Source: Myxococcota bacterium (GTDB lineage: Bacteria > Myxococcota > XYA12-FULL-58-9 > JALHOP01). From it: 64,000 nt of DNA. A model generated the notes under the pieces. It made no database searches. It was not told the origin of the DNA and worked only from the letters and a program-made list of their open reading frames with translations. The first letter of the stretch is position 1. Each line of letters opens with the position of its first letter. Below are positions 31,556 through 41,402 of this stretch, in pieces. The position numbers were made by a program, and so were the translations under genes. Where the stretch lies: positions 1 through 64,000 of the forward strand of contig JBGGMJ010000010.1 of the NCBI GenBank assembly GCA_041288095.1. Reading direction: 5' to 3'.

Positions 31556-32362
31556 ATGGCGCCAGTGAGCGACCAGAAGCGCAAAGAAGCCATCGCCGAG
31601 CGGCTGGCACAGCACCCAGTCTTTCGCAGCCTCCCCCCCGAGGCGGTTGGCGCCTTGGTCGCCGAGGCAACGCTTTTCTACCTGAACGCGGGGGAAGCGC
31701 TCTACGAGGCCAATTCGTCGGCCAAGCACGTCTTCGCGGTGCTCGAAGGCGCCCTGCAGATCGAATACCCGAAGCCCGGCGAGAACCGCGGCCTGGTCGT
31801 CGCCATGTTGAGCGCCCCGAGCTTCCTCGGGGAATGCCAGGTCATCCACGGCCGGCCATGGAGCGGTACCGGCATCGCCATCGTACCGGTGCTTGCCGTC
31901 GGCATCGGTGCGCGACTGCTCGAGCGGACGATGATGACCTATCCGGCGCTCGGCATCGCCCTCTATCGGGAGGTCACGCACCGCTTCCTGAACGCGATCA
32001 ACTCGCGCAAGGAAGCGCCGGTTCGCTCGGTCGAAGAGCAACTCGCCCGCTTCATGGCGGGGAGCCTCGCGGCGATGGAAGGCGTCGTCCTGACCCGTCC
32101 CGAGGACGCCGCCGAGGGGGAGTCCGAAGACATGCTCCCCTACAGTCAGGCTACGCTCGGTCGCGCCACCGGTTTGCGGCGCGAAACCATCAACCGCATC
32201 CTCGCTCGCTGGGAGAAGGACGGGGTACTAAAAGCTGGCGCTCGCGGCGTTTCGGCCATCGACCGTGCGCGCCTCGAAGGCATTGCTGGCGCTGCCGGAG
32301 TCAGTCTCCTCCAGAGACTCGACAGCGACATCGGACCGGAGCTTACGCTCGGGCGTGAGTGA
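31556..32362 (+). CDS. Crp/Fnr family transcriptional regulator
   Basis: cNMP-binding-like barrel (AGEALY, VLEG, FLGE) and HTH SQATLGRATGLRRETINRIL. Confidence 0.9.
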   Translation: MAPVSDQKRKEAIAERLAQHPVFRSLPPEAVGALVAEATLFYLNAGEALYEANSSAKHVFAVLEGALQIEYPKPGENRGLVVAMLSAPSFLGECQVIHGRPWSGTGIAIVPVLAVGIGARLLERTMMTYPALGIALYREVTHRFLNAINSRKEAPVRSVEEQLARFMAGSLAAMEGVVLTRPEDAAEGESEDMLPYSQATLGRATGLRRETINRILARWEKDGVLKAGARGVSAIDRARLEGIAGAAGVSLLQRLDSDIGPELTLGRE

Positions 32363-32980
32363 GTGCACCAGGCCGTTTTCGTCCTCGTGACCTTCGCTGA
32401 CCTGCGAGACTTCCTCGTTGCCGCGCTCGCGGAGCTCGGCCAAGGCACGGAAGATCGAGCGGCGCGACAGCCCCAGCATCGAAGCCAAGATGTCGATCGA
32501 CGGGGTCGGCGTCTCGAGGACCCGCAGCAGGCGCGAGAGGCGCTCTACCAAGCTCATGCTGTCGAGCTCGATCCAGCGGATGGTGGTGGCGTAGCGGCGA
32601 GCCAGGTCGTCGGTCAGCCAGTTGCGCAGCTCCGAGGAGCCTTCCCATTCGCGGATGAACTCTTCACGTGAGAGCGTCATCAAGCGGGACGGGGTGACCA
32701 GGCGGACGGTGTCGCGAGCCGAGCAATTCGCCAGGACGTCGCGGTCGCCGAGGATGGCCGGGGCGCGAACCAGCAAGGTGGTGCGGCTAGCACTGCCTTC
32801 GCCGACGTAAGCGCGGGCGTAGCCCGAGGCGAGGATGTACACGCCGTCGCTTGGATCGCCTGCGTGGTAAAGAGCTTGTTCGGCACGGGCGCGCAGGGTG
32901 CAACGCTCTCCCATCGCTTCTTCGAGCTGGGTCGTCGGGGTCGAAACCGCTTCGCGCAACGTGGTGAGTAGACTGCTCAT
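32228..32980 (-). CDS. Crp/Fnr family transcriptional regulator
   Basis: LYHAGDPSDGVYILASG, ILGD, HTH SIDILASMLGLSRRSIFRAL. Confidence 0.85.
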   Translation of the reverse strand: MSSLLTTLREAVSTPTTQLEEAMGERCTLRARAEQALYHAGDPSDGVYILASGYARAYVGEGSASRTTLLVRAPAILGDRDVLANCSARDTVRLVTPSRLMTLSREEFIREWEGSSELRNWLTDDLARRYATTIRWIELDSMSLVERLSRLLRVLETPTPSIDILASMLGLSRRSIFRALAELRERGNEEVSQVSEGHEDENGLVHSLTPERKLRSDVAVESLEETDSGSASNAFEARTVDGRNAASASF

Positions 32981-33132
32981 GGCATGTTCTCCATCAGGTC
33001 ATTGCTCACGGCGCAACGCTATGCCCCGCCACTGAGCGTGTGCATGGCCAAATCGCCTTGCACGCATTCTGGGTATCGGTTGCGATTGCCACGCGGACGC
33101 GAAAGACACAGTGACACATCCAGCACGAACGA

Positions 33133-33148
33133 AGTGAGTCTGATCACA
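33133..33148. promoter_or_regulatory. CRP-type operator
   Basis: AGTGA-GTCTGA-TCACA, 9/10 match to TGTGA-N6-TCACA, upstream of the minus-strand Crp gene. Confidence 0.55.
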
Positions 33149-33179
33149 CGTCATGGTCTAAGTGGCTGATTTTGTTGGA

Positions 33180-34727
33180 TCAGGCCGGGGACGGCTGCGC
33201 ATCACCACTCGGCCGGCGCCCGTTCTTGAGGGCGTCGCGTACGATCTCGGAGATCCCACGCATCGGAACCCAGACCCAATCCGGACGATGGGTGAGCTCG
33301 TAGCGTAGCTCATAAAACGTTTTTTCGATTTCGAACAGCCGGATCAGGCGCTCGATGGTGGCTCCATCCGGTGGCAGAGTGGCACTCGTTGTCTGCAAAT
33401 AGCCCTGCATGAAGGCGTCGCGCAGGTGCCGTTCCCAGTTGCTGGCCCGGTAAAGGGCTGAATCCCAAGGCATTTGCTCGGAGCAGGCGATGGCAGCCAT
33501 GGCTGCGGCGTAGGCAAAGGAGCGCAACATGCCCGCGACGTCGCGCAACGGGCTGTGCAGGGCGCGGCGCTCGGCTAGCGGGCGCGTGGGCTCCCCCTCG
33601 AAGTCGATGATGTAGAGGCGACCTTCCGGGTCTCGCAGCACTTGGCCCAGGTGATAGTCGCCGTGATGGCGGATGGTGAGGCCGAGCTCGGCGTGGCTCG
33701 CTTGCTCGAGCGTGGCGATGTCGCGCAGGACGACCTCGTGATGCTCGAGGTCCCGCAGGCCCTGAGCGGTGATCTGGTCGCGTGCGCCGGTGGCGCCGCC
33801 GAAGTCCGTCCGTTTTAGAAGAGCGATGCTGTCGCTCACTTCATGACGGATGACGCTCGCCCAGCGCACTACGTCGTCTTGCGTGGCGCGGGAGGGTGTG
33901 AAGCCGTGCTTGTCGTTGGCCTGCGCGAGCTTCTCGTGGAGCTCGCGCGTCACCTGGCCCAAGCTTCTGGCTTCATCGACGAAGGGCTCGCCGCCGTCGC
34001 GAAGCTCGGGCAGGCGGCTCATCACGTAGCCCCACAGATCGCGCGCGTCAGGCACCAGCCGTTGCGCCATGAGCAGCGCCGTCGGACCGCGGTCGCCATC
34101 GAGAGTAGCGCTGCCAACGAGCGCCGGGACGAAAGGCGCCGCGCGCCGCGTGAGATACGAGCCGATCTCGATGTCTGGGTTCTCACCGGCGGTGAGCTTG
34201 CGGAACAATTTCACGATCAGCGCGTTGCCATAGACGATCGAGGTGTTGCTCTGCTCGACATCGACGACCCGTGATGGAGTCGTCGGGTCGATGTCGATGG
34301 CGGTGTACTTGACGAAGCGAAGCTGGGTGCCGTCGGTGGTGAAGCGGCGCCCGTCGACGAGGTACTTGAGCAGGGCTTCGCGGAACACCGGGCAGTGCGG
34401 GGCGTCGACGAGCGACAGCTCACCGGTGCCGGTCTTCACCTTGGCGACGATCAGCGCTTCGTCGACGGCTTGATCGGTGATCGACAGCGGGACGAGGTAG
34501 GACGCTGTAGCGGACCCATTGCATTCGCGGACGTCGACTTGCGCGAGCACCGCGTCGCAGCTCGGGAAGAGCGGGACGACCTCGGCGAGGACGGCGCTAT
34601 CGGGCTCATAACGGCCCGAGAACCAGCGCTGTCGTCTCAAGAACTCCCCGAGCGGCGCGCCTTCGAGCTGCTTGAGCGTATCGGTGGCGAGAGCGGTGGC
34701 CGCGGTCGCTTCGATCGTCGTGGCCAT
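33180..34727 (-). CDS. mak: maltokinase (Mak/Pep2)
   Basis: RQRWF, EQSNTS, KLFR, HGDYHLGQVL, IIDFEGEP, DVAGMLRSF; follows treS. Confidence 0.92.
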   Translation of the reverse strand: MATTIEATAATALATDTLKQLEGAPLGEFLRRQRWFSGRYEPDSAVLAEVVPLFPSCDAVLAQVDVRECNGSATASYLVPLSITDQAVDEALIVAKVKTGTGELSLVDAPHCPVFREALLKYLVDGRRFTTDGTQLRFVKYTAIDIDPTTPSRVVDVEQSNTSIVYGNALIVKLFRKLTAGENPDIEIGSYLTRRAAPFVPALVGSATLDGDRGPTALLMAQRLVPDARDLWGYVMSRLPELRDGGEPFVDEARSLGQVTRELHEKLAQANDKHGFTPSRATQDDVVRWASVIRHEVSDSIALLKRTDFGGATGARDQITAQGLRDLEHHEVVLRDIATLEQASHAELGLTIRHHGDYHLGQVLRDPEGRLYIIDFEGEPTRPLAERRALHSPLRDVAGMLRSFAYAAAMAAIACSEQMPWDSALYRASNWERHLRDAFMQGYLQTTSATLPPDGATIERLIRLFEIEKTFYELRYELTHRPDWVWVPMRGISEIVRDALKNGRRPSGDAQPSPA

Positions 34728-34754
34728 CAGCTCTCCCAAGAGCTAGCTCCAAAG

Positions 34755-36449
34755 CTAGCCCACGTCAGGTCTCTCGATTCTGAACATGTAGAATCCGTGA
34801 GGCGCGAAGGTAAGTAAATAGGGCATCTCTGTGATGATCGGGAACGGTGTTTCACCGAAAAGCTCGATGAGCTGCGAGCCCGCGAAGCGCTTCAAGTCCA
34901 GCTCCGCGGCCTGCGCGAAGCGCGACAAGCACGCGACCACCAGGATGACCTCGTTTTCGTATTGGCGCAGATAGGCGAGAATCTTACGGTTCGCGAGCGG
35001 CAAGATCTCGAAGGTACCGCGACCGAAAGCCTTGTATTGCTTGCGCAGCTTGATGACCCGACGCATCCAGGCAAGTAGCGAGGTTGAGGTCCGATCTTGA
35101 GCCTCGACGTTGACGGACTGATAGCCGTACGGAGGGTCCGAGATGATGGGGCTGTAGAGAGCGGCGGTGTCCGCCTCCGAGAAGCCCGCGTTGCGGTCGC
35201 CGGTCCATTGCATCGGCGTGCGTACGCCATTGCGGTCACCGAGATAGACGTTGTCCCCCATGCCGATCTCGTCGCCGTAGTAGATAATCGGCGTCCCGGG
35301 CATGGTGAAGAGTAGAGCGTTCATCAGCTCGATCTGGCGCCGGCCGTTGCCGAGGAGCGGCGCTAGGCGGCGGCGGATGCCGACGTTGATCCGCATCAGC
35401 GGATCGGTCGCGTACTCGCGATACATGTAGTCGCGCTCTTCGTCGCTCACCATTTCGAGGGTTAGCTCGTCGTGGTTGCGCAGGAAGATGGCCCACTGGC
35501 AGTTCGGCGGGATGTCGGGAGTCTGGCGCAAGATCTCGATAATGGGCGTCGCGTCTTCGCGGCGCAGCGCCATGTACATGCGCGGCATCAACGGGAAGTG
35601 AAATGCCATCTGGCACTCGTCGTCGTCGCCGAAGTAGGGGCGAACGTCGCTCGGCCACTGGTTCGCCTCGGCGAGGAAAAGGCGTCCGCTATAATGGCGA
35701 TCCATCTCGCGGCGCATCTCTTTCAATACCTCGTGCGTCTCCGGCAAGTTCTCGCAGTTCGTGCCGTCACGCTCGATCAGGTAAGGCACGGCGTCGAGGC
35801 GCAGACCGTCGACGCCCATGTCGAGCCAGTACTTCATGATCTTCAGGATCGCGCGCCGGACGTTCGGATTGTCGAAGTTCAGATCGGGCTGATGGTGGAA
35901 GAAGCGGTGCCAGAAGTACTGCTTGGCGACCGGGTCCCAAGTCCAGTTCGACTTCTCCGAGTCGGTGAAGATGATGCGCGCGCCCTTGTACCGTTCGTCG
36001 CTGTCGCTCCAGACGTAGTAGTTGCGCTTTTGACTGCCGGGTGGCGCCCGTCGGGCGGCTTGGAACCACGCGTGCTGATCGCTCGTGTGGTTGATGACCA
36101 GCTCGGTGATGACGCGGATATCGCGGTCGTGCGCCGCTCTCACGAAGCGGCGGAAATCCTTCATGGTGCCGTAGCGTGGGTTGATGGCGCGGTAGTCCGC
36201 GATGTCGTACCCGTCGTCGCGTAGCGGTGATGGGTAGAACGGCAGCAGCCACACGGCCGTGACACCGAGCGACTGGATGTAGTCGAGCTTCTCGATGAGG
36301 CCGCTGAAGTCGCCGTAGCCGTCGCGCGTGCTGTCGCGGAACGCTTTGACGTGCAGCTGATAGATGACGGCGTCCTTGTACCAAAGCGGGTCGCCGCCCT
36401 TGGCCAGGCTTGCCTGTTCGGGGGTCTGTATGCGTTGGTCCGACGCCAT
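34755..36449 (-). CDS. treS: maltose alpha-D-glucosyltransferase (trehalose synthase)
   Basis: WYKDAVIY, SPLRDDGYDI, HQPDLN, GLRLDAVPYL, LAEANQW, FLRNHDELTLEMV. Confidence 0.97.
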   Translation of the reverse strand: MASDQRIQTPEQASLAKGGDPLWYKDAVIYQLHVKAFRDSTRDGYGDFSGLIEKLDYIQSLGVTAVWLLPFYPSPLRDDGYDIADYRAINPRYGTMKDFRRFVRAAHDRDIRVITELVINHTSDQHAWFQAARRAPPGSQKRNYYVWSDSDERYKGARIIFTDSEKSNWTWDPVAKQYFWHRFFHHQPDLNFDNPNVRRAILKIMKYWLDMGVDGLRLDAVPYLIERDGTNCENLPETHEVLKEMRREMDRHYSGRLFLAEANQWPSDVRPYFGDDDECQMAFHFPLMPRMYMALRREDATPIIEILRQTPDIPPNCQWAIFLRNHDELTLEMVSDEERDYMYREYATDPLMRINVGIRRRLAPLLGNGRRQIELMNALLFTMPGTPIIYYGDEIGMGDNVYLGDRNGVRTPMQWTGDRNAGFSEADTAALYSPIISDPPYGYQSVNVEAQDRTSTSLLAWMRRVIKLRKQYKAFGRGTFEILPLANRKILAYLRQYENEVILVVACLSRFAQAAELDLKRFAGSQLIELFGETPFPIITEMPYLLTFAPHGFYMFRIERPDVG

Positions 36450-38673
36450 GCGCATCTCTATTGCTATCGCCATTCTGCTGGCCGCCGGGTGCGGCTCGTC
36501 ATCGAATCGAACGTCGGTCGTGGAGGCCGACAATGCTGCAACACCTGCGGGCGAAGCTAAGCACGCCTTCAACTACCCGCTAGCACGCACCGTCGATCAG
36601 GTCGACGACTATCACGGCACCAAGGTGCCCGACCCCTACCGCTGGCTCGAGGACGCGGACTCCACCGACACACGCGCCTGGATCGAAGGCGAGAACAAAG
36701 TCACCTTCGGCTATCTCGAGAACATTCCGACCCGCGCCGCCATCAAGGAGCGGCTCACCGCACGTTGGAACTACGAGCGCTGGAGCACGCCGTTTCGCCA
36801 GGGCAAGAGCTATTTCGTCGAGAAGAACGACGGCCTGCAGAATCAGGCGGTCCTGTACACCATGACGGACGTCGCGGCGCAGCCCAAGGTCCTCATCGAT
36901 CCCAATACGTTATCGCAGGCGGGGACGGTGGCACTCGCCGACTACGACGTCAGCGACGACGGCAAGAAGATCGTCTACGGCTTGGCCTCCGCCGGCTCGG
37001 ACTGGGTCGAGTTCCACGTTCGCGATGTCGCCAAGGGCACCGACACTCCCGACCTCGTCCGCTGGAGCAAATTCAGCACACCGGCGTTCGCGGCGGACGG
37101 TAGCGGGTTTTACTACGCGCGTTTTCCTGAGCCAAAGGCCGACGCGGCATTGGCCGAGGCCAACTATTTCCACAAGGTGTACTTCCACGCGCTCGGCACC
37201 GACCAAGCCAACGACGTCCTCGTTTACGAGGCGCCCGAGCACAAGGAGTGGATGTTCGGGAACCTCGTCACCGAGGACGGCAAGTATCTCGTCATCCAAA
37301 TCGTCAAAGGCACCGACGACAACAACATGGTGCTGGTCGTCGACCTGGCGCGGAAGAACGCGAAGCCCATCACCCTGATTCCCAACTTCGATGCCGAGTT
37401 CGCGTACATCGCCAACGACGGGCCTCTCTTTTATTTCAAAACGACCGAAAGCGCGCCGCGGGGCCGCATCATCGCCATCGACATCAAGAAGCCGGCGAAG
37501 GCGGCGTGGAAGGAGATCGTGCCGCAGAGCGAAGCGGCGGTCGAAACCGCGAGCGTCGTTGGCAACAAGATCTTCGTGAGCTACATGCGTGATGCCAAGT
37601 CCGCGGTCGCGGTCTTCAGCATGAAGGGCAAACGCGAGAGCGAGGTCTCGTTGCCCGGTGTCGGCAAGGCCGCCGGCTTCCACGGTGAGCGCCGTGACAA
37701 GGAGACCTTCTTCTCCTTCGAGAGCTTCACGCAGCCCAAGAGCATCTACCGCTACGATCTGGTGAGCGGGAAGTCGTCGGTGTTCCGCGAGCCGAAGCTG
37801 GGCTTCGACGCGTCGGCCTTCGAGACCACGCAGGTGTTCGCGACGAGCAAGGACGGAACCACGAAGGTGCCAATCTTCATCACCCGCAAGAAGGGCGCCC
37901 CCCTCGACGGCAACGCGCCGACCCTGCTCTACGGCTATGGCGGCTTCAATATCCCGCTGACACCGTGGTTCAGTGTCCCGTTCATGACCTGGGTCGAGCT
38001 CGGCGGTACCCTCGCGGTAGCGAACCTTCGCGGCGGCGGCGAGTACGGCCAGGATTGGCATCTCGCGGGCACCCGCGACAAGAAGCAGAACGTCTTCGAC
38101 GACTTCTTCGCGGCCGCGGAGCTGCTCACGAAGGAGGGCTACACCAAGCCGTCACGCCTCGCGATCCAGGGGCGCTCGAACGGGGGCTTGTTGGTCGGCG
38201 CGGCAATCACGCAGCGGCCGGAGCTCTTCGGCGCGGCGCTGCCCGCCGTCGGCGTCATGGACATGTTGCGCTTCCACACGTTCACGATCGGCCGCGCTTG
38301 GGTCGACGACTACGGCTCGTCGGAGAACCCGCGAGAGTTCGAGGCACTGCGCGCCTATTCGCCGTACCACAACGTCAAAGCGGGCACGCGGTATCCGCCG
38401 ACTCTCGCGGTGACCGCGGACCACGACGACCGCGTCGTGCCGGCGCACAGCTTCAAGTTCATGGCCGCTCTGCAGTCCGCTCAAGCGGGCGATGCCCCCG
38501 TGCTCATCCGCATCGAGACGCAGGCCGGTCATGGCGCCGGCAAGCCGACGACCAAGAAGATCGAGGAAGCGACCGACGAGATGTCCTTTGCCTTCCACGC
38601 GCTCGGGGCCGACGATGTGGTGATGGCCGCTGTCGGCGGCGCCGCGGCAGCCGGCAGCTCGACGAGTCGATGA
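36448..38673 (+). CDS. prolyl oligopeptidase (S9A), lipoprotein
   Basis: lipobox LAAGC; DPYRWLED, YGYGGF, GRSNGG (Ser), DDRV (Asp), AGHG (His). Confidence 0.96.
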   Translation: MRISIAIAILLAAGCGSSSNRTSVVEADNAATPAGEAKHAFNYPLARTVDQVDDYHGTKVPDPYRWLEDADSTDTRAWIEGENKVTFGYLENIPTRAAIKERLTARWNYERWSTPFRQGKSYFVEKNDGLQNQAVLYTMTDVAAQPKVLIDPNTLSQAGTVALADYDVSDDGKKIVYGLASAGSDWVEFHVRDVAKGTDTPDLVRWSKFSTPAFAADGSGFYYARFPEPKADAALAEANYFHKVYFHALGTDQANDVLVYEAPEHKEWMFGNLVTEDGKYLVIQIVKGTDDNNMVLVVDLARKNAKPITLIPNFDAEFAYIANDGPLFYFKTTESAPRGRIIAIDIKKPAKAAWKEIVPQSEAAVETASVVGNKIFVSYMRDAKSAVAVFSMKGKRESEVSLPGVGKAAGFHGERRDKETFFSFESFTQPKSIYRYDLVSGKSSVFREPKLGFDASAFETTQVFATSKDGTTKVPIFITRKKGAPLDGNAPTLLYGYGGFNIPLTPWFSVPFMTWVELGGTLAVANLRGGGEYGQDWHLAGTRDKKQNVFDDFFAAAELLTKEGYTKPSRLAIQGRSNGGLLVGAAITQRPELFGAALPAVGVMDMLRFHTFTIGRAWVDDYGSSENPREFEALRAYSPYHNVKAGTRYPPTLAVTADHDDRVVPAHSFKFMAALQSAQAGDAPVLIRIETQAGHGAGKPTTKKIEEATDEMSFAFHALGADDVVMAAVGGAAAAGSSTSR

Positions 38674-39389
38674 ACGTCGACGTGGTCATTCCGGCGCTCG
38701 ATGAGGAGCCCGCCATCGGTGACGTCGTGCGCTCCTTTATCGGACGCGTGCGTGAGGTCGTGGTCGCCGACAATGGCAGCCGGGATCGAACCGCGGAGGT
38801 GGCGCGCGAGGCCGGCGCTCGGGTTGTGAGCGCGCCGCGACGCGGATACGGCAACGCTTGTCTCGCGGCGCTCGCCGAGCTCGCGCCCGGTTGCGACGTC
38901 GTGGTGTTCGCCGACGCTGACGGCAGCGACGATCCCGCGGATCTCGACGGGCTCGTCGCCCCCATCGTGTCGGGCGAGGCCGATCTGGTGATCGGCTCGC
39001 GGGTACGCGGCGTCATGGAGGCCGGCGCGCTCACTCCGCAACAGCGGATGGGCAACGCCTTGGCGGCGACTTGGCTGCGGTGGCGCTTCGGTCAGCCGGC
39101 AACCGACCTCGGACCGTTCCGCGCCGTTCGCAAAGAGTCTCTCGACCGCTTGCACATGAGCGACCCCACGTACGGTTGGACCATCGAGATGCAGATCAAG
39201 GCGGCGCGCGCGGGCATGCGTTACACGGAAGTGCCCGTGGCATATCGACGGCGGAAGGCGGGCACGTCGAAGGTCTCGGGGACGCTGCGCGGGATTGCCG
39301 GCGCCAGCGCCAAGATCTTGGGCCTGCTCGCGTATTACGATGTGGTTCAGCGCTCGGCGCTGGCGCAGCGCCTGTGGCGCCGGTTCTGA
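38670..39389 (+). CDS. glycosyltransferase family 2
   Basis: VIPALDEE, DNGSRD, RGYG, DADGSD, TDLGPFR; ATGA overlap. Confidence 0.93.
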   Translation: MNVDVVIPALDEEPAIGDVVRSFIGRVREVVVADNGSRDRTAEVAREAGARVVSAPRRGYGNACLAALAELAPGCDVVVFADADGSDDPADLDGLVAPIVSGEADLVIGSRVRGVMEAGALTPQQRMGNALAATWLRWRFGQPATDLGPFRAVRKESLDRLHMSDPTYGWTIEMQIKAARAGMRYTEVPVAYRRRKAGTSKVSGTLRGIAGASAKILGLLAYYDVVQRSALAQRLWRRF

Positions 39390-40636
39390 CGGTCGACCGG
39401 CGGCTCGTCGCCTGCTGCGTGTTGTTCGGCGCGGCGTGTCTCGGCGCGGCGGCCGGCGCTTGGGCGCCTGTTGGCTATCGCGGATCGATCTACGTCGCGT
39501 CACACGTCGTGGCGAGCCTCGCCATGCTCGGGGCCTATCGGTTCGCGGATGCTCGCGCCGTCGGCCTCCTCACCATCACCGGGGTTTTGTGCCGTGTGCT
39601 TCTGGTGCCGGTGCCGCCGTACACCACGCACGACGTGATGCGGTACATGTTCGACGGCGCCATGGCGCTCGCCGGCTTCGACCCTTACACCGTGCCGCCC
39701 GGCGACCTGCGGCTCGTCGGCCTGCACGCGATGTGGCCGAGCGCGGTCGAGCATGCGCGCTACCCGACGCTCTATCCGCCCCTCGCGCTCTGGGCATTCG
39801 CGTCGTGCGCGCGCTTCGGGCCCGAGGTGGCGTGGTTGGTGTGGAAATCGGTCATCGCGCTCGCATCGTTGGTCACGCTGCGGGTTGGCCGCGGCATCAT
39901 GAGCCCGAAGGGTTACGCTCTGCTGGCGTTGTCGTCGCTCTTGGTGCTCGAAGGCGGTATCGGCGCGCATCTGGATGTCTTGTGCGTCATGGCGGTCGTG
40001 CTCGCGGTGAGCGAAACCGCGCCGCTGGCGCGCGGAGCGTGGATAGGCGTCGGCATCTTGCTGAAGCTCTCGCCGATCACGCTGTTGCCGCCGCTCTTGG
40101 TCTACACGCTGCCGGCTCCGTGGCGTGCGCTGCGCTTGTTTTTCGCGACGCTGTCCGTCGTAGCGGTCGGTTACGTGGCCGCGACGCTGATGGGCTACCA
40201 AGCCGTTGGTTCGTTGCAGGCGTTCTTCGGTGGTTGGAGCTTCGGTTCGCCGTGGATGCTGGTGGAGAAGCCGCTCGGGCTTTCACGGCCGGCGCTCTTG
40301 CACGCGGCTTCGGTGCTAGCGTCGGTGACGCTGGTGACCGCTTGTGCGCTAGCGTATCGGCGCCGCTTGGGGCCCGCGCTGTTGCTCGGGGCGTGTGCGC
40401 CGTTCATCGCGAGCCCTGTCGTGTTCCCTTGGTATCTGTGCACGGCCGCGGCGCTGCTCGGGGTTACACCGTCGCTGGTCGTAGGTGCCTGGATCGCGGC
40501 GCTCCCGCTCACCTACGAAGTCATCGATCGCTTCGACGTCGATGGGAGCTGGCAGCCGCGCGCTTGGCCTATCGCCCTGATGTTGGTCGCGGTGCTGGTT
40601 GCGGCCTTGCCGTGGCGGCGCCTCCGGCGTAGCTGA
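39374..40636 (+). CDS. polytopic GT-C (GT87-like) glycosyltransferase
   Basis: HDVMRYMFDG, FDPY, TLYPP, PVVFPWY motifs; many TM helices; start uncertain. Confidence 0.8.
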   Translation: MAPVLTVDRRLVACCVLFGAACLGAAAGAWAPVGYRGSIYVASHVVASLAMLGAYRFADARAVGLLTITGVLCRVLLVPVPPYTTHDVMRYMFDGAMALAGFDPYTVPPGDLRLVGLHAMWPSAVEHARYPTLYPPLALWAFASCARFGPEVAWLVWKSVIALASLVTLRVGRGIMSPKGYALLALSSLLVLEGGIGAHLDVLCVMAVVLAVSETAPLARGAWIGVGILLKLSPITLLPPLLVYTLPAPWRALRLFFATLSVVAVGYVAATLMGYQAVGSLQAFFGGWSFGSPWMLVEKPLGLSRPALLHAASVLASVTLVTACALAYRRRLGPALLLGACAPFIASPVVFPWYLCTAAALLGVTPSLVVGAWIAALPLTYEVIDRFDVDGSWQPRAWPIALMLVAVLVAALPWRRLRRS

Positions 40637-40640
40637 GGCC

Positions 40641-41219
40641 ATGGCTCGCACTCTCCTCTTCGCGCCGGGAGCCGGCGCGCCATCGACCTCGGGTTGGATG
40701 ACCGCGTGGGCAGAGCGGCTCGAAGAGCTCGGACGCGTCGTGGCGATGGACTATCCGTACATGCTCGCCGGCAGGAAGCGCCCGGACCCGCAGCCGAAGC
40801 TCATCGCCGTGCACCGCACCGAGCTCGACAAGATTTCCGACCGACCGGTCGTGCTAATCGGAAAGTCCATGGGATCGCGCATCGGTTGCCACGTCTCGCT
40901 CGACGCCAAGGTCGATGCGCTCGTGTGCTTCGGCTACCCCCTCCGTAGCCCGAGCGGCGCGCTCCGCGACCAGGTGCTGCTCGAGCTGACGACGCCTATC
41001 CTCTTCATCCAGGGCACCAAGGACACCAAGTGTCCGCTGGAGGAGCTCGACGACGTGCGCAAGCGCATGCGCGCACCCTCGACCGTGCACGTCGTCGAAG
41101 GCGGGGATCACTCGCTCGCCATCTCGCGCGGCAAGAGCAAGCGGGAGCAACAGGCCGCCGTGGACGACGCCATCCTAGCGGCAGTTCGCACGCACCTTAC
41201 CCATTTCGCCCCATTGTAG
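40641..41219 (+). CDS. alpha/beta hydrolase
   Basis: GKSMG nucleophile elbow, QGTKD, GGDH. Confidence 0.9.
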   Translation: MARTLLFAPGAGAPSTSGWMTAWAERLEELGRVVAMDYPYMLAGRKRPDPQPKLIAVHRTELDKISDRPVVLIGKSMGSRIGCHVSLDAKVDALVCFGYPLRSPSGALRDQVLLELTTPILFIQGTKDTKCPLEELDDVRKRMRAPSTVHVVEGGDHSLAISRGKSKREQQAAVDDAILAAVRTHLTHFAPL

Positions 41220-41402
41220 CGTCCGGCGGATCGCGTGATCTCGCGGATCTAGCGCGCCGCGGCCGCTGGTATGTGGCTTGCAGCCCCAGCCCCTCGTGAA
41301 AGTGGTCTTGGGTCAGCTTGCCATCATCGCAGTGTGCCTCGTGGCATGGCTCGGCACCCACCGCCTCTACGCCGGCACCCACGACGACCTTCGGAGGAGT
41401 TC

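Noticed and set aside
33045-33062. Sigma-54 promoter TGGCCAAATCGCCTTGCA
   Set aside because: GG-to-GC spacing is 12 rather than the required 10
36448-38673. Prolyl oligopeptidase as a RiPP macrocyclase/leader peptidase
   Set aside because: It is a lipoprotein of ordinary S9A type with no adjacent precursor or modification genes
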